This document shows positions 28,101 through 39,757 of a DNA stretch of 64,000 nucleotides, in pieces; position 1 is the first letter of the stretch; every line of letters begins with the position of its first letter. Below the pieces are notes generated by a model. That model searched no databases. It was not told where the DNA came from and worked only from the letters and a program-made list of their open reading frames with translations. The stretch comes from a virus (taxonomy: Duplodnaviria; Caudoviricetes), in IMG/VR virus record IMGVR_UViG_3300047159_000056, positions 64,001 through 128,000 of that record; one strand, given 5' to 3'. The position numbers and the translations under genes are program-made.

Positions 28101-31100
28101 CCAAATTATAAAATTGTATATCTGTTATTCTATTAATTCTACTTATTCTGCAGACTCTAAGATATTTAAATTTAACCAGATCTACTTTTCCCTCTGCTGT
28201 ATTTGAATCACCTATCTTAAGAGCACATGTAGAATATGTATTACAATCATCTATGAACAATTGAGTTAAGTGATCTCCTTTTACTACAGTGCTTGAGCCT
28301 GATACTGTTTCGTCTGGTTCTGAGATATATATTGTCTGTAGTTTTGGGCAGTCATTTATATAAACCTGAGAGAAACCAGAGATACTAAGGTCTGTTATAG
28401 TATTATCATGTTCAATGCAGAATCTAGATTTTCCATATAATAATCCATCTGAGCCTGTATATTCGGAATTAGTATTATTTGCAACGACTAGGCTACTAAT
28501 TGCACTATATTCAAATACAAGACCCCCACTAGTATTATCTGTACTACTAGTTGTACAGAGAGCTATAGGAACGGGTCTTATATCAAGTTTAGATAGGGTT
28601 GTACTAGGAGAATCAGAAGAACCAGAACCAGTTGTAATAGTAGATAGTTCATAACAGTTTGCTACAGTTACACTACCGCCCTTCATATAAGATATATTTA
28701 GGCTACCAAATGTTGATTCTTTTAATTCGACAGATAGGGCAGTCTTAGATATATTTACAGATTGAAGGTTAGGGAATTTTGAACCAGTAATTGAGTCATT
28801 TCCCGTAAAGCTACCAGTATAATTTGAACCAGTTAGAGTGAGTTCTCGTAGTGATGGCATACTAATATCAGAGCCACTAACAGACATAGATCTACTGTCA
28901 GTACCAGAAAGTGTCTGTAAGTATTTAGAATTTACTCTAAGAACTTTAAAGGCAAAACTATTGATACTATCTAGGTATGTCCATTCACTACTACCTCCGA
29001 ATCTATAAGTTTGTGTACCATTGATCTGAACAGTTACATTATATTTAGTGTCTCCACCACCAAATAGGTATCTGTGAGTCTCAGTAGGTGTTGTTATAAA
29101 TAGAGGAGAGTATTCCTTGGTCTTAATATTAATATTTAGATTACTACTACCTTGGTTATTATCGTTACCCGAGAATATATCCTGGAGTACAATGATATCA
29201 GTATTATTATCGAGCGCATATGTACTAGTTACTGTATCTGTAGAAGGTTCAGTTAAGTAAGATATGCTTTCTCCACTACCAGAAGTAACATCGGTATAAA
29301 CATTATCCGAGTTATAATATCTGATTGTACTAGTTTTATTTGGTATATTAAAGTAGGCATCAAGAATATGGAAACGACCTCTTAACCAGTCTGTTACTTT
29401 AGCTACACGGGTTCCATTAAATTTCTGGAAGTTAGTAGAGTTAAAAGAGTTTTCAGTTCCATTAATTATGAAGTACTTATTTCTATAGTTCATATTAATA
29501 AGTGGTATTTCCACATATTTCAAGTTATTCAAGAAATAGTTATTCATAAATTTCTCAGCACTACTTAAGCAACCTAAGGAAACATCGTCTGCACTTGAAT
29601 TAGATGATCTCCATTTTGCCCATAATACCTTTGGCCATGTTGAATCTATGATATCTTTATTTGTTACACCTGGTTCATAAGCTGCATACTTAGGAATTGC
29701 AAAGATATAAGAACTTGGTGTATCATAGAAGTCACCACTAGCTATAGATGTTCCACTTGTAACAGAACCAGCCTTTGGTGAGTAGTCCCTATATATTACA
29801 ATAGAGGTAGGAACAACAGTACCATCACTTAGTTTATTAGTTTCATCATAGCTCCAATAGTCTGAAAAGGCAAAGTAAGATACATCATAACCAGCATTAT
29901 TAATTCCCAAACTGGTATCCATATCATAGAACGCAGCATAGAATTTTCCATAGCCTGTATTTGTATTAGCGGTCCATGTCTTGATATTCATATTTTTCTG
30001 AACAGAGTCAACAAGACCAAATGCCATACAGATTGTGTAATATTCACTAATACTCTTAAAATCTAGCCAAGCATCTACATTATTAGCAGGATCTCCAACT
30101 AATATCTTTAAGTCAGATAATTTGAGCAGCACTTTGTTGAGCACCAGGAGTATAAGTAGCAATTTCATTAGGCATAGTTTTTACAAACTGGTATCTATAA
30201 TTTGGTACTTGGTTAGCTGGTACTGTTACACCGTTTATTACCCTAGTAGCATTATAACCACCATTGTCTCCACTATATCCATAATAATCTGTTGCGCTTG
30301 TACTAAATGATTTCTTTAAGAGAGAGTCACCAAATAGATAGCCTCCTCCTAGTGAAACTTTCTTTACAAAATTCTGGATAACTGATTTAGCTTGAGCTTC
30401 AGATATATTAGAACCAGTTACAAAGTCTCCAAACATATAAGACTCACTATTAAAACCATAAGAGTTATAAAGTATTGTCTTATCCCATTGTGAGAAATCG
30501 AAGTAGTTACTATTATTTTGAACCTCTGCTACAATTATATTATTCTTAAGAGAGTTATCATTTTTATTTACACTATAGAAGGTAAAAGGAACATTATCTG
30601 TACCTGCATCTTTTATTAGTGATGTTGTATTAGTTGAATCGCAGAATACCTTACAATCAATATATCCCAAGTTGTAGAAAGATTCACGACCCAAGTTAAA
30701 GTTATATACTCCCTGATAATAGTTTGTATAAGTTGTATCTCCCGTTGTGCTATCTTTCTGAGCCAATCTGATATAAACTACCATAGGAAATCCCTCTAGA
30801 CAGTTCTTTATATAAGATGCAAGAGGTCCTGTTGTTTTAGTATCAAAGTCAGAAGAAACTCTATTAACAAACTTACCAATTGAGGTATTATTTGAGTGTG
30901 AAGAGTCTACAACATCGGCTTTAAGGGTAAATGATTGTTCAGGTAAGAAGGTATTTTTATCTGTACTCTTATAGTTAGGAGAGAACAAATATACTGGTGC
31001 CTCATCATTTGTATTAGAGTTATTCAGAGTTAAGGTATAGTTTTTACACTTATAGGATCTTGTTGATGTACCTTGAACCTTCATTGTAAAGTAACCATCT

Positions 31101-33381
31101 GAATAAGGTGCAGTAATTTCAGCTAGTTCGCCACCATTTCCTGTAGCCCACTGTAGAGTAGTCTTATATTCATAGGAACTGAGTCATTTTCTCCATATCC
31201 CTTATCAAGAGCAGCTTTTGCAGTTTTATCGTCATCTTGAATAGTCATAACAAGAGTAGGAACAACTAGTTTTGTTGCTATATTCTTAACAGTGCCATCA
31301 TCACAAGTTACAGTACCATTATTATCTACTCTAACACTACTACAATTAGTTAGGATACCCTTTTCATTATCAGATATAGCTTCGGCTCTTAAGGCATTTT
31401 TAAACTTTAGATAGTATTGAAAGATATTTAAGTCTTCTGTCATACTATCTGTAGTTACTGTCTCTACACCATTAACTGTTTCTTTTCTAAATACGGTATC
31501 TGGGTAACTAATTTCTAGCAGATTAAATACAGTATTGCTACTTTCTATTACAAGTTTATCAAGGATTAAGCTCAAGGTAGAATATGAAGAATATGATCCC
31601 TCAATTATACCATCAACATAAACCATAATCTCGTAATAAGAACTAGTACCCTCTGTTTTAATTTGTCTTGATACTATATTTAGGAGGTGAAATTCGTTCT
31701 GATGATTATAATTTTCCTGAAGAGTTTTTGGAAGATAATACTTAATACTAATATCATTTCCAATTTTTACGGTTCCTTGTGTAATAGTAAGTTTCTTCTC
31801 TGATACTGTACCTGTTGTCTTATAACCAGTTAATATAATAGAACCACTCTGATTAGTTTCGGAATCATAAGGCTCCAAGTTTATCTCATTATATTTAAGA
31901 CCCAAAGAGATAACAGTATTGAAATTAGTTGCAGCAGAGTCAGGTACAGAAACATCGGTTATACTAAAGGCTGGTTTATTAGAAGCCTGTTGATATGGTG
32001 TTCCCAGGGTATTATCATATAAGCTCTGGAAGGATGGTTTAGTTTTATCAGATCCACCTCCGTAATCAGAACCACCACGATAATAGTTAAATAAACCTGT
32101 CCTAGTTGACTTAGAATCTGCCCAAGGCCAATTTATGTCAGCATCGAGTTCTCTTATATAGTAGTAGTAAGATATATAGCTACCATCTGCAGGATAAGGC
32201 ACATTATTACAAACCAATCTAAACTTTACTTCATTTAGACCAGGAGTTGTAGAATATACGCTAACTGTTTCTTGTTTTCTAAGGCTACTAGGTAAATTTA
32301 TTACATTAGCTGCTTCTGTTGCTCCTTCTTTATTTAGGTAGTAATAGATTGTACAAGCACTACCATTATTTTGACCATAGTAAGCTTTAACATTGAACGT
32401 AGTATAACCAGCGCCAAATCTATAAACACTAGTTAGGTCAGTTTGTTTTTCCTGATAAATAGTACCAACGCTAGGTTGAACTAAAAGGTAGAGTTCTTCT
32501 GGAATTAGGGAGAAGCTAATAGTTTTTGATGTTGTCTTAGCTAATTGGTTTTCTACACTAATTGTTATATCTACTGTAGCTGAATAGTAACCTGCATTTG
32601 TATTGATTATTTCCCAACCTTCAGCAGCTCCAATTGCTTTTAAGTCTAGTTTTATTGTACCGCTCTTACTAGTTTTATCTATAGAACCTTCCTTTGTTAT
32701 TACTTTGCTCTCAGTATTGAAAGTTAGTTTATATGTAGTTGTTGCAGAAACGGCTATTACATAATCAATATAGATGTCTAGACCACCAGTAGCAGCAGTA
32801 GTAACAAACATCTCACCACCAAGAGCAGACTTATTATCATTTCCAAGGTAAGTAGTAAATGTATAAGACTTAGTTATATAAGAAGCTGATACCTGTTTAG
32901 TTACATTGTATAAACTATCTACAGCAGTTACAGTAATAGTTGAGTTACTTCCTATTTCTATATTCTTAGTAAAAGTATAAGCATTGTCAAGATCTAGGGT
33001 AACAGTTTCATTTACAGTAATTGTTGAACCACTACTATTTACTGTATTATATTTATAGTTAACACTGAAGCTAGCTCCTTGAGGTTTTTGTATCTTAATA
33101 ACTAGTTCATATGTTCCAGTATCTCCAAGATTAATAGTTTGTCCTGATAGCTGTATACCATTAAGTGTAGAGTAGAGAGCATAGTCTGAACTTGTGGAAC
33201 TACCTGAACCAGAGCCAGATCCTCCTACACCACCATATTTATATATCCATTTTAGATAATTTTCTAACTTGGAAGTTTTAGATTGAAGCTCCCCAACCAC
33301 GTCAGAGAGCTTCTTTCCTATATTACTACCGGTTAGAGTAACATCATCGTCAAAAATAATGTTTTTACCGTTATATTTCAT
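25192..33381 (-). CDS. Giant (about 2729 aa) virion protein with CotH-kinase-like domain and LRR-like C-terminal region; split by two compensating 1-nt indels (about 31170 and 30122)
   Basis: Joins track ORFs 31123-33381, 30113-31084 and 25192-30168; KVQGTSTRSYKCKNY, FTLKADVVDSSHSNN, EGFP, GVYNFNLGR, LVDSVQKN and FYDMDTSLG motifs; first and last pieces share a frame. Confidence 0.8.
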
Positions 33382-33389
33382 AATTTACT

Positions 33390-36300
33390 TTAGATTGTGA
33401 ATAGAATACTTTCAGTAGAGCCCCAAACACCAAAGTTATTAGAAGCTGTTTCTGTTAAGTATTGAAGACCTACAGCATCACTAGAATAGTTTGTCTGTGA
33501 GAATCCATAATTTTTCAGAACACCAGTAACTCTAATTAGCTTGATGTCATATATTCCGCTATTAACTTTTATAATAGAGAACATTGGATATTTCTGATCA
33601 GTACTTGGGGTATCTTTATAAGTAGCTGTTGTTGCATCATAAGTACCTTTAGTCTGAGGAAGTATTCTTGAAAATTTCTGTTGAGCACTAGGTAACTCTT
33701 TATTAGATGTCAGTTTATATCCACTAGCTTGACACATGAAGTAAGTAATACCGCCAAGAAGGGTAGGTACACAAACACAAGGATAGAAGCCATTATCGGA
33801 TCTAGTACCAACATCTGCTCTTCTAGTTAGCGGGAATTTGGTTAAGTCCTTAGAATTAGCTGAATCTATAAAGTTAGCTGAGTCATTTTCCAGTGTTTCA
33901 TCCATAACCATAGGACCATCTGTAATAGAAGTCTTAGCTGTACCTGTTAGAGTATAAGTATAGTTTTCTCTAACTGGATAAGTACAAGAGTATGTATGTT
34001 TATGACCACCAATTACTAGTTTAACAGAGAAATATTCCAGGAGTCTACTAAACCAATAAATACCCTTAGGACTGCCTGTCGTATCTCCTACTTCTGTATT
34101 ACTAATCTGATTAAGGTGACTTCCAATTAGGGCACTAGCATTACTTAGAGACCTAGATATACCAGCAGCTGAGTTAAGAAGTGAGTCATTTGTTATTACA
34201 GTAAATGGCATTTCGTGACAAGCAGCTATTGTAGCCTTACTTAGAGTCTTTGCATTATTCAGTGTTCTCCATATCATAGTATAGATTGAAGTAAACTCTT
34301 TATGATATACTGATGTCTTACCAGTTATTTCAAAACCAGTATAGATATTAATAGTATTTCCTGTAGAGCTAACCAAACCAAACCAATCAGAGCAATTCAC
34401 CTGAGTAATTTCACTATTGACCATTAAGAATCTATCAGTAGCAGAATCAAAATAGTATAGTGATGGAATAAACTTAGGAGCGCCACCATCTTTTAGGTTA
34501 GGACATAGTGGATCAAATAGAGAACCAACTTCATAGCAATAGAATAGACTAAAGTAGTAGGAGTTAGACTTTCCATAATCATCACCTGTACCCAATTCAG
34601 AAGGAACTGTACCGCAAAGATCATTATTTCCAACTACATTCATTTGTTCTAGATGATCAAATAAGATACTACCTCCCTGATAATAGTCGTACCATTCATT
34701 TATTCTAGTACCATTCTGAGTCATATCACCAGTATTTACCAGGATAGGAATAATGTTACTAGCAGCTTGAGCAGTCTTTATTTTTTCATTTACTTTATTA
34801 GCTACTGCAGCCCATACTTGATATTCTACCCAGTGGAAACCTTGCTGATCTGTTACCTGAAATATTTGTGTGGTATAAGTAGATGGATAGAGAGTAAACT
34901 TCATCTCAGAACTAGTATGGTCTGGATCAGGATCACCATTTTTATCTGCTCTACCAACTACATATGTATATTCAGTTGGACTACTTACATTTGCACTTAC
35001 TATATCAACTACTACTTTATGGCTAGTATAGAAGTTATTATCTGCTGGGAATCTACCTGTCTTTCTAGCATATACATTATTGGTTATATCTGCATCAAAA
35101 AACTTCTTCATAGGATAAGTAGTTCCTGCCAAGTCATCCTCACTAGATACTAAGTAATAAGTAGAGTCAGAAGTAATTGTTGAGCTATAAGAACCGCTCA
35201 AGGTTATACTATAGATACTGCCAGAATATGTTGCACTTACTCCAGAAATAACTAGTTTATGATTTGAGTCAGCTAAGACAGTATATTTAGCTAGACTAGA
35301 TCCTGCTGTCCATCCCGTTGTAGAAACTGAGAATGATACAACAGTAGAAGTACCAGAGCTAGTGGTTGTTTCTGCTACATTAGATACTTTGATCTGTTGT
35401 ATTGGAATATATGACTGACATTTTCCCAACCAACTAGTATCACCTGTTTTCTTAATCCATACATATTCAGGATAGTAACCTACAGATACCCAGTTAAAAC
35501 ATCTTGTCTTATAGATATCAACACCAAATGAAGAAGTTACCATATTAGGAATTTCTTTACTCAGTTTCGTTTTATCTGTACAAACATTCTTTTCCTCATA
35601 AGAAGCTTTTGGAGTATAATTAGATATAGCAAATTTTCCATCTGTGTGTGGGAAAGTAATATATTCTTTACTTAGGTCAACAATCTGAAAGTCATTACTA
35701 GAATTAGACCATCTTACTCTAGAACTATCCTTTGTAGTATAAGCCTGAAAAGCCTGTTTTGCTGGATCTAGTTCAAATGTATTCTTGTATATACTATTAG
35801 AAACAATAGATGCAGCTGCGGCAGCCCAATAACCTTTACCACTATCGTCGGTAACCATCTTATAATAGTAGAGACTATCAATTAAGTTTTGGTTTAGAAT
35901 ATAAGGATAGGTTGCTTTATTTGAATCACTAATTGTTAGAGTATTTCCATTACTACCAACAATATCACCTGCTGCAGAAGCTCTATAAAGGGATGTACTG
36001 TAACTTAGGGCAACTCCATCAAAAGTATTTCCATAAGTTAGAGCAAAACCATAACCTTTAGCTTTTATTGCAGAGATATCTTGTGAATCATCTATTTCAA
36101 AAGAGACTAGATTTCCACTAGTATCATACCATTCCTGATCATAAGTTTCTACCTTAAGATAAACATTAGGGTCAGTAGTTGGAGAATGTTGTGCACCCCT
36201 GACTAAGTATGTTCCCCCTGCTGGTATAATTCCTGTTAATGCTATATGATAAACAGTTTGAATTCCATCTGATTTTCCTGGTCTTGTAAAATGTAAGTAA

Positions 36301-38120
36301 CAACCAGATAGAGCAAAATCTACATCAGCCGTATTTTCTAGTTCTACATAGGAGTGAGAACATCCATGAACAATGTCAGATTTATAAGGTGCATAGAAAG
36401 CTCCAATCTTTAATCTATCACTATAAAGTCTAGCATCTGACGTTCTATCAATTCCAGCTTCATACATTCTAACTTGTCCAATAAAACCTCTTACATCATT
36501 TCCCAAGGTTATATTGCTATTAGAACTAATTTTTGTGGCAAAGAGATCAGCAGTAGGAGCTATTTCCTGACTATGCATAATTCCCTTGTCATCAATATAA
36601 AATTTGAATTTCTTACCAGAGCTTTGATGGATGAAAGTAATATCATTTGTATTAATATTACTAAGTTCTAGACTTCCATCTGTGTCCTGAACAATGCCCA
36701 TTTCTTTAAGGGCAGCTATCATTTCTTCTTTTGTCATGCCTGTATCTGTACTAGGAGTAGAACCACTACTTCCAATTAAGGTTAATTTATATCCTGATTT
36801 TATCCAAAGTTTCTTATTAGTTTCTTCCCAAATCAATTCATTCTCAAGAAGCTGATCCTTTATAGAATTTAAAACTTCTTGTGAGGAAACTGATCTAATA
36901 GTTAGGTGAGCTGCTTTAAATTTATAAGACTCATCAGAAGGTTTACTAGCAATTACTTCTTTACTAAAATCCTGATATTTTGTATATAAGTTAAATTTAG
37001 ATAATACTGTATCCGTGAAAACCACAGAAGAGAAGTTGTATAAATAACTATCTCCTAATTCTTGAATAGTACTATATAGTTTTCCATCGCTTGTGTTGTA
37101 ATACCCTTCTGCGACTGTTGTATCTGTAGCTGGATCTCCTATTGAAACCCAGAGAAAATTCTTGCCATAATATTTCCCGTCATCTAATTTTTTCTTCCTA
37201 CTAATTACAATGAGAGAAGTATATATATTATTTTCACTCTTGGCTTTCAGGGTTATCTTGCTTAGGTCAATAGAGTCAGTAGGTTCAGTTAGCCATGTAG
37301 AAGAGGTAGTATCAGAAGTATCAATTATTCCTAGATTTGCTTTTACTCCTAAGCCATTGGTAATAAGAAATAAAAACATCTTATTATCTGTGGCTGCCAT
37401 GGTTTCACTAGTTGCTGTCCATGTTGCAGAACCAGCTATCTTTAGGTAAGAATCTTTTGTATCTGAATCAATTATTACAGTTACATTTTCTTTAGGTACT
37501 AGAGGATAGTCGTCACCAAGAGAAAATTCAAAATTCTCTATCTTACTTAAGCCGTCTTCTTCTATTGCCCAAAGCGGTTCTTCTTCTACAGAATTTGCTA
37601 AGTCAGCTTCAACAGTAGACATAGCAGTTACCTTTTCTGTATAAGATTCAATTCCATATTTAAAGGAATTTCTTAACCTAGCTACTTCAGATTGTAACTG
37701 TCTTATAGCACTAAATAAGATATCTACATAGTTTCCATTCTGTGTAGTCTTATATGTAGTAGAAGATACACTGCCATTCAAGTCAGAATCATCGGGTATA
37801 GATACATAATCTTCATTACTAGTATCTATTTGAAGATCATTTATTAATTTCTGATTATAAATAGGTATACCTCTTCCTATCTTACTTCTTACCCACGCTC
37901 CTCCTATTAGCTGATATGTATGAATTCCAGTAGAGTCATTTACAACATACGCTAACATACCTTCTTCTAATCGAGCTGCAGGTATTAAGTCCAGATCACT
38001 AACATTATCAACTGTTCTATAACCACCTTTTCCATACTTAGCTTCATGAGTCGCATAAATATCTTGATCGGTAAACGGTACTATAGGGGAGGCAATGTTA
38101 GTTCCTTTTAAGTTTTCCAT
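33390..38120 (-). CDS. Giant (1576 aa) virion protein with lamin-tail-like domain and C-terminal purple-acid-phosphatase-type metallophosphoesterase
   Basis: HSYVELEN...LSGCYLHF...LTGIIPAGGTYLVRG (LTD); TDQQG, TGDMTQNG, VGNNDL, CHEMPF and GGHKHTY (calcineurin-like motifs). Confidence 0.85.
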   Translation of the reverse strand: MENLKGTNIASPIVPFTDQDIYATHEAKYGKGGYRTVDNVSDLDLIPAARLEEGMLAYVVNDSTGIHTYQLIGGAWVRSKIGRGIPIYNQKLINDLQIDTSNEDYVSIPDDSDLNGSVSSTTYKTTQNGNYVDILFSAIRQLQSEVARLRNSFKYGIESYTEKVTAMSTVEADLANSVEEEPLWAIEEDGLSKIENFEFSLGDDYPLVPKENVTVIIDSDTKDSYLKIAGSATWTATSETMAATDNKMFLFLITNGLGVKANLGIIDTSDTTSSTWLTEPTDSIDLSKITLKAKSENNIYTSLIVISRKKKLDDGKYYGKNFLWVSIGDPATDTTVAEGYYNTSDGKLYSTIQELGDSYLYNFSSVVFTDTVLSKFNLYTKYQDFSKEVIASKPSDESYKFKAAHLTIRSVSSQEVLNSIKDQLLENELIWEETNKKLWIKSGYKLTLIGSSGSTPSTDTGMTKEEMIAALKEMGIVQDTDGSLELSNINTNDITFIHQSSGKKFKFYIDDKGIMHSQEIAPTADLFATKISSNSNITLGNDVRGFIGQVRMYEAGIDRTSDARLYSDRLKIGAFYAPYKSDIVHGCSHSYVELENTADVDFALSGCYLHFTRPGKSDGIQTVYHIALTGIIPAGGTYLVRGAQHSPTTDPNVYLKVETYDQEWYDTSGNLVSFEIDDSQDISAIKAKGYGFALTYGNTFDGVALSYSTSLYRASAAGDIVGSNGNTLTISDSNKATYPYILNQNLIDSLYYYKMVTDDSGKGYWAAAAASIVSNSIYKNTFELDPAKQAFQAYTTKDSSRVRWSNSSNDFQIVDLSKEYITFPHTDGKFAISNYTPKASYEEKNVCTDKTKLSKEIPNMVTSSFGVDIYKTRCFNWVSVGYYPEYVWIKKTGDTSWLGKCQSYIPIQQIKVSNVAETTTSSGTSTVVSFSVSTTGWTAGSSLAKYTVLADSNHKLVISGVSATYSGSIYSITLSGSYSSTITSDSTYYLVSSEDDLAGTTYPMKKFFDADITNNVYARKTGRFPADNNFYTSHKVVVDIVSANVSSPTEYTYVVGRADKNGDPDPDHTSSEMKFTLYPSTYTTQIFQVTDQQGFHWVEYQVWAAVANKVNEKIKTAQAASNIIPILVNTGDMTQNGTRINEWYDYYQGGSILFDHLEQMNVVGNNDLCGTVPSELGTGDDYGKSNSYYFSLFYCYEVGSLFDPLCPNLKDGGAPKFIPSLYYFDSATDRFLMVNSEITQVNCSDWFGLVSSTGNTINIYTGFEITGKTSVYHKEFTSIYTMIWRTLNNAKTLSKATIAACHEMPFTVITNDSLLNSAAGISRSLSNASALIGSHLNQISNTEVGDTTGSPKGIYWFSRLLEYFSVKLVIGGHKHTYSCTYPVRENYTYTLTGTAKTSITDGPMVMDETLENDSANFIDSANSKDLTKFPLTRRADVGTRSDNGFYPCVCVPTLLGGITYFMCQASGYKLTSNKELPSAQQKFSRILPQTKGTYDATTATYKDTPSTDQKYPMFSIIKVNSGIYDIKLIRVTGVLKNYGFSQTNYSSDAVGLQYLTETASNNFGVWGSTESILFTI

Positions 38121-38125
38121 ATTGT

Positions 38126-39631
38126 TTAAAGTTCTGTTGTTACATCAGTTATTACACTAGAGGATAAGGTGCTAAATTTCTGAAGACTAGTCCCTGTCCA
38201 AGAGTAGAAACCAGAATTATATACATAGAGTTCCCCATTTTTTATATTAGAAATTACTCCCGTCTTATCATCTATAGCCGTATATATTTTATTAGTTGTT
38301 GTATTAAAATATAGAGTACCTGGAACCATATTTTCTGTTGGATATTCTGTTACAATTCCAGCCAACTTTGTAAACGTATCTGATTTATCTTTTAAGTATA
38401 GACTCTCTGGTATTTTTCCATCATTGTCCAGTACTACCAATCCTCCAGTTCTAGTATTTCTACCTAACCAAGAATTAATAATATCAAACATGTTGGACTC
38501 ATTATCAACTATAGAGTCTGAATCATTAAATACCCAGTCTTGAGAAAAATCTACAACTGATACTGGGTCTTTCTTTAGATAAACCAGATATCTTATATTA
38601 TCTATTACTATATCTGTATCATAAATTTCGTAAGAATGTATATAATCTAGACTATTATCATCATAAATATGAGATATATAACCGTAATCTTTTGGATAAG
38701 CAAGTACAGTTTCTTCAAGATCTAGCTTAATATCACTCCACTTAAAATCTCTTCGATAGCTTAGTTTAATATTTCCTAGATTTTTGACAGCATCTATACT
38801 AGGAACCCAACCACTCTTTACCTTTCCATAGTAGAAATTATAACCAAATCTTAGTTTAAATATATTCTTGAGAGAGTAATAAATTCCATCTAAGATCTTA
38901 TATTTAGCTATTATTTCTATATCTTTACTAGTTGTCTGATTTTCTAATGTATATCTACCACCCGATACTACTATAGAGGTTCCGTTTAGGTAGAAGTCAC
39001 ATTTATCAGTTATATCAGTTCCATCTACTTTTCTAGCTCTAACAGATAAGTCTAGATTAACTAAGTCACCAACCTTAAACAGATAACCATTTAAGCTGAC
39101 AACATCTAAGGTACCATCAAGATCTAGAATAGTTTGCAAAATATTCTCTATCCTAGTAGTTGAGAAAAAGTCATCCTCTCTCTTACATACCTGATTCTCA
39201 TAAAACCATCTATAACCAGACTGAAGATCAACAAATATATATGGACCACCAGTTATTTCTTCTAAGGTTCTATCTGATTCATCTTCTTTTTTATATACAT
39301 ACATCCATTTTTCATCTGGATTCTTGTATATATAAAGCTCATTGTGAACTAGAGAAGAAACATCAGGTATTACATCAGTCACAGATCTAACCATTACAGT
39401 TCCACCAGCGCTTAATAATCTATAGTAATCTTCTCCTACACCTTCGTCAACACCAATTGCTATAAGAACTCCGATATCTGTTCTGAAATCTTTGTCTTTA
39501 TAGTAATTTTGCATCACTAACTCTCCCTTGTGAAACTTCTTATCATTAAGCTTAAGTATTGCTATTGCCCTGCTCTGCTCAATATACTGATCACGGGAAA
39601 TTTGGATTATGCTTTCTTTTTTATTTATCAT
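38126..39631 (-). CDS. Putative tail-fibre adaptor/virion protein
   Basis: 501 aa; FYYG...LAYPKDYGYISHIYDDNSLDY domain; GLVVLDNDGKIP fibre-type motif. Confidence 0.7.
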   Translation of the reverse strand: MINKKESIIQISRDQYIEQSRAIAILKLNDKKFHKGELVMQNYYKDKDFRTDIGVLIAIGVDEGVGEDYYRLLSAGGTVMVRSVTDVIPDVSSLVHNELYIYKNPDEKWMYVYKKEDESDRTLEEITGGPYIFVDLQSGYRWFYENQVCKREDDFFSTTRIENILQTILDLDGTLDVVSLNGYLFKVGDLVNLDLSVRARKVDGTDITDKCDFYLNGTSIVVSGGRYTLENQTTSKDIEIIAKYKILDGIYYSLKNIFKLRFGYNFYYGKVKSGWVPSIDAVKNLGNIKLSYRRDFKWSDIKLDLEETVLAYPKDYGYISHIYDDNSLDYIHSYEIYDTDIVIDNIRYLVYLKKDPVSVVDFSQDWVFNDSDSIVDNESNMFDIINSWLGRNTRTGGLVVLDNDGKIPESLYLKDKSDTFTKLAGIVTEYPTENMVPGTLYFNTTTNKIYTAIDDKTGVISNIKNGELYVYNSGFYSWTGTSLQKFSTLSSSVITDVTTEL

Positions 39632-39757
39632 CTTTATTTAATTTAGAACGAAAATTGAGGGAATAGAATCAAAATGCTCAACTTTCTTTAAAAATTGTTC
39701 TCTTTTAACTCTATTCTCTCTATAAATTAGGATTTTGTACCTAGGTTATGCGCAAAA

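Noticed and set aside
30113-31180. Programmed ribosomal frameshifts in the CotH-like gene (also at 56252 and 57556)
   Set aside because: Single-base gains or losses in short A/T runs that split conserved domains, without clear slippery sites; simplest explanation is sequencing/consensus indels
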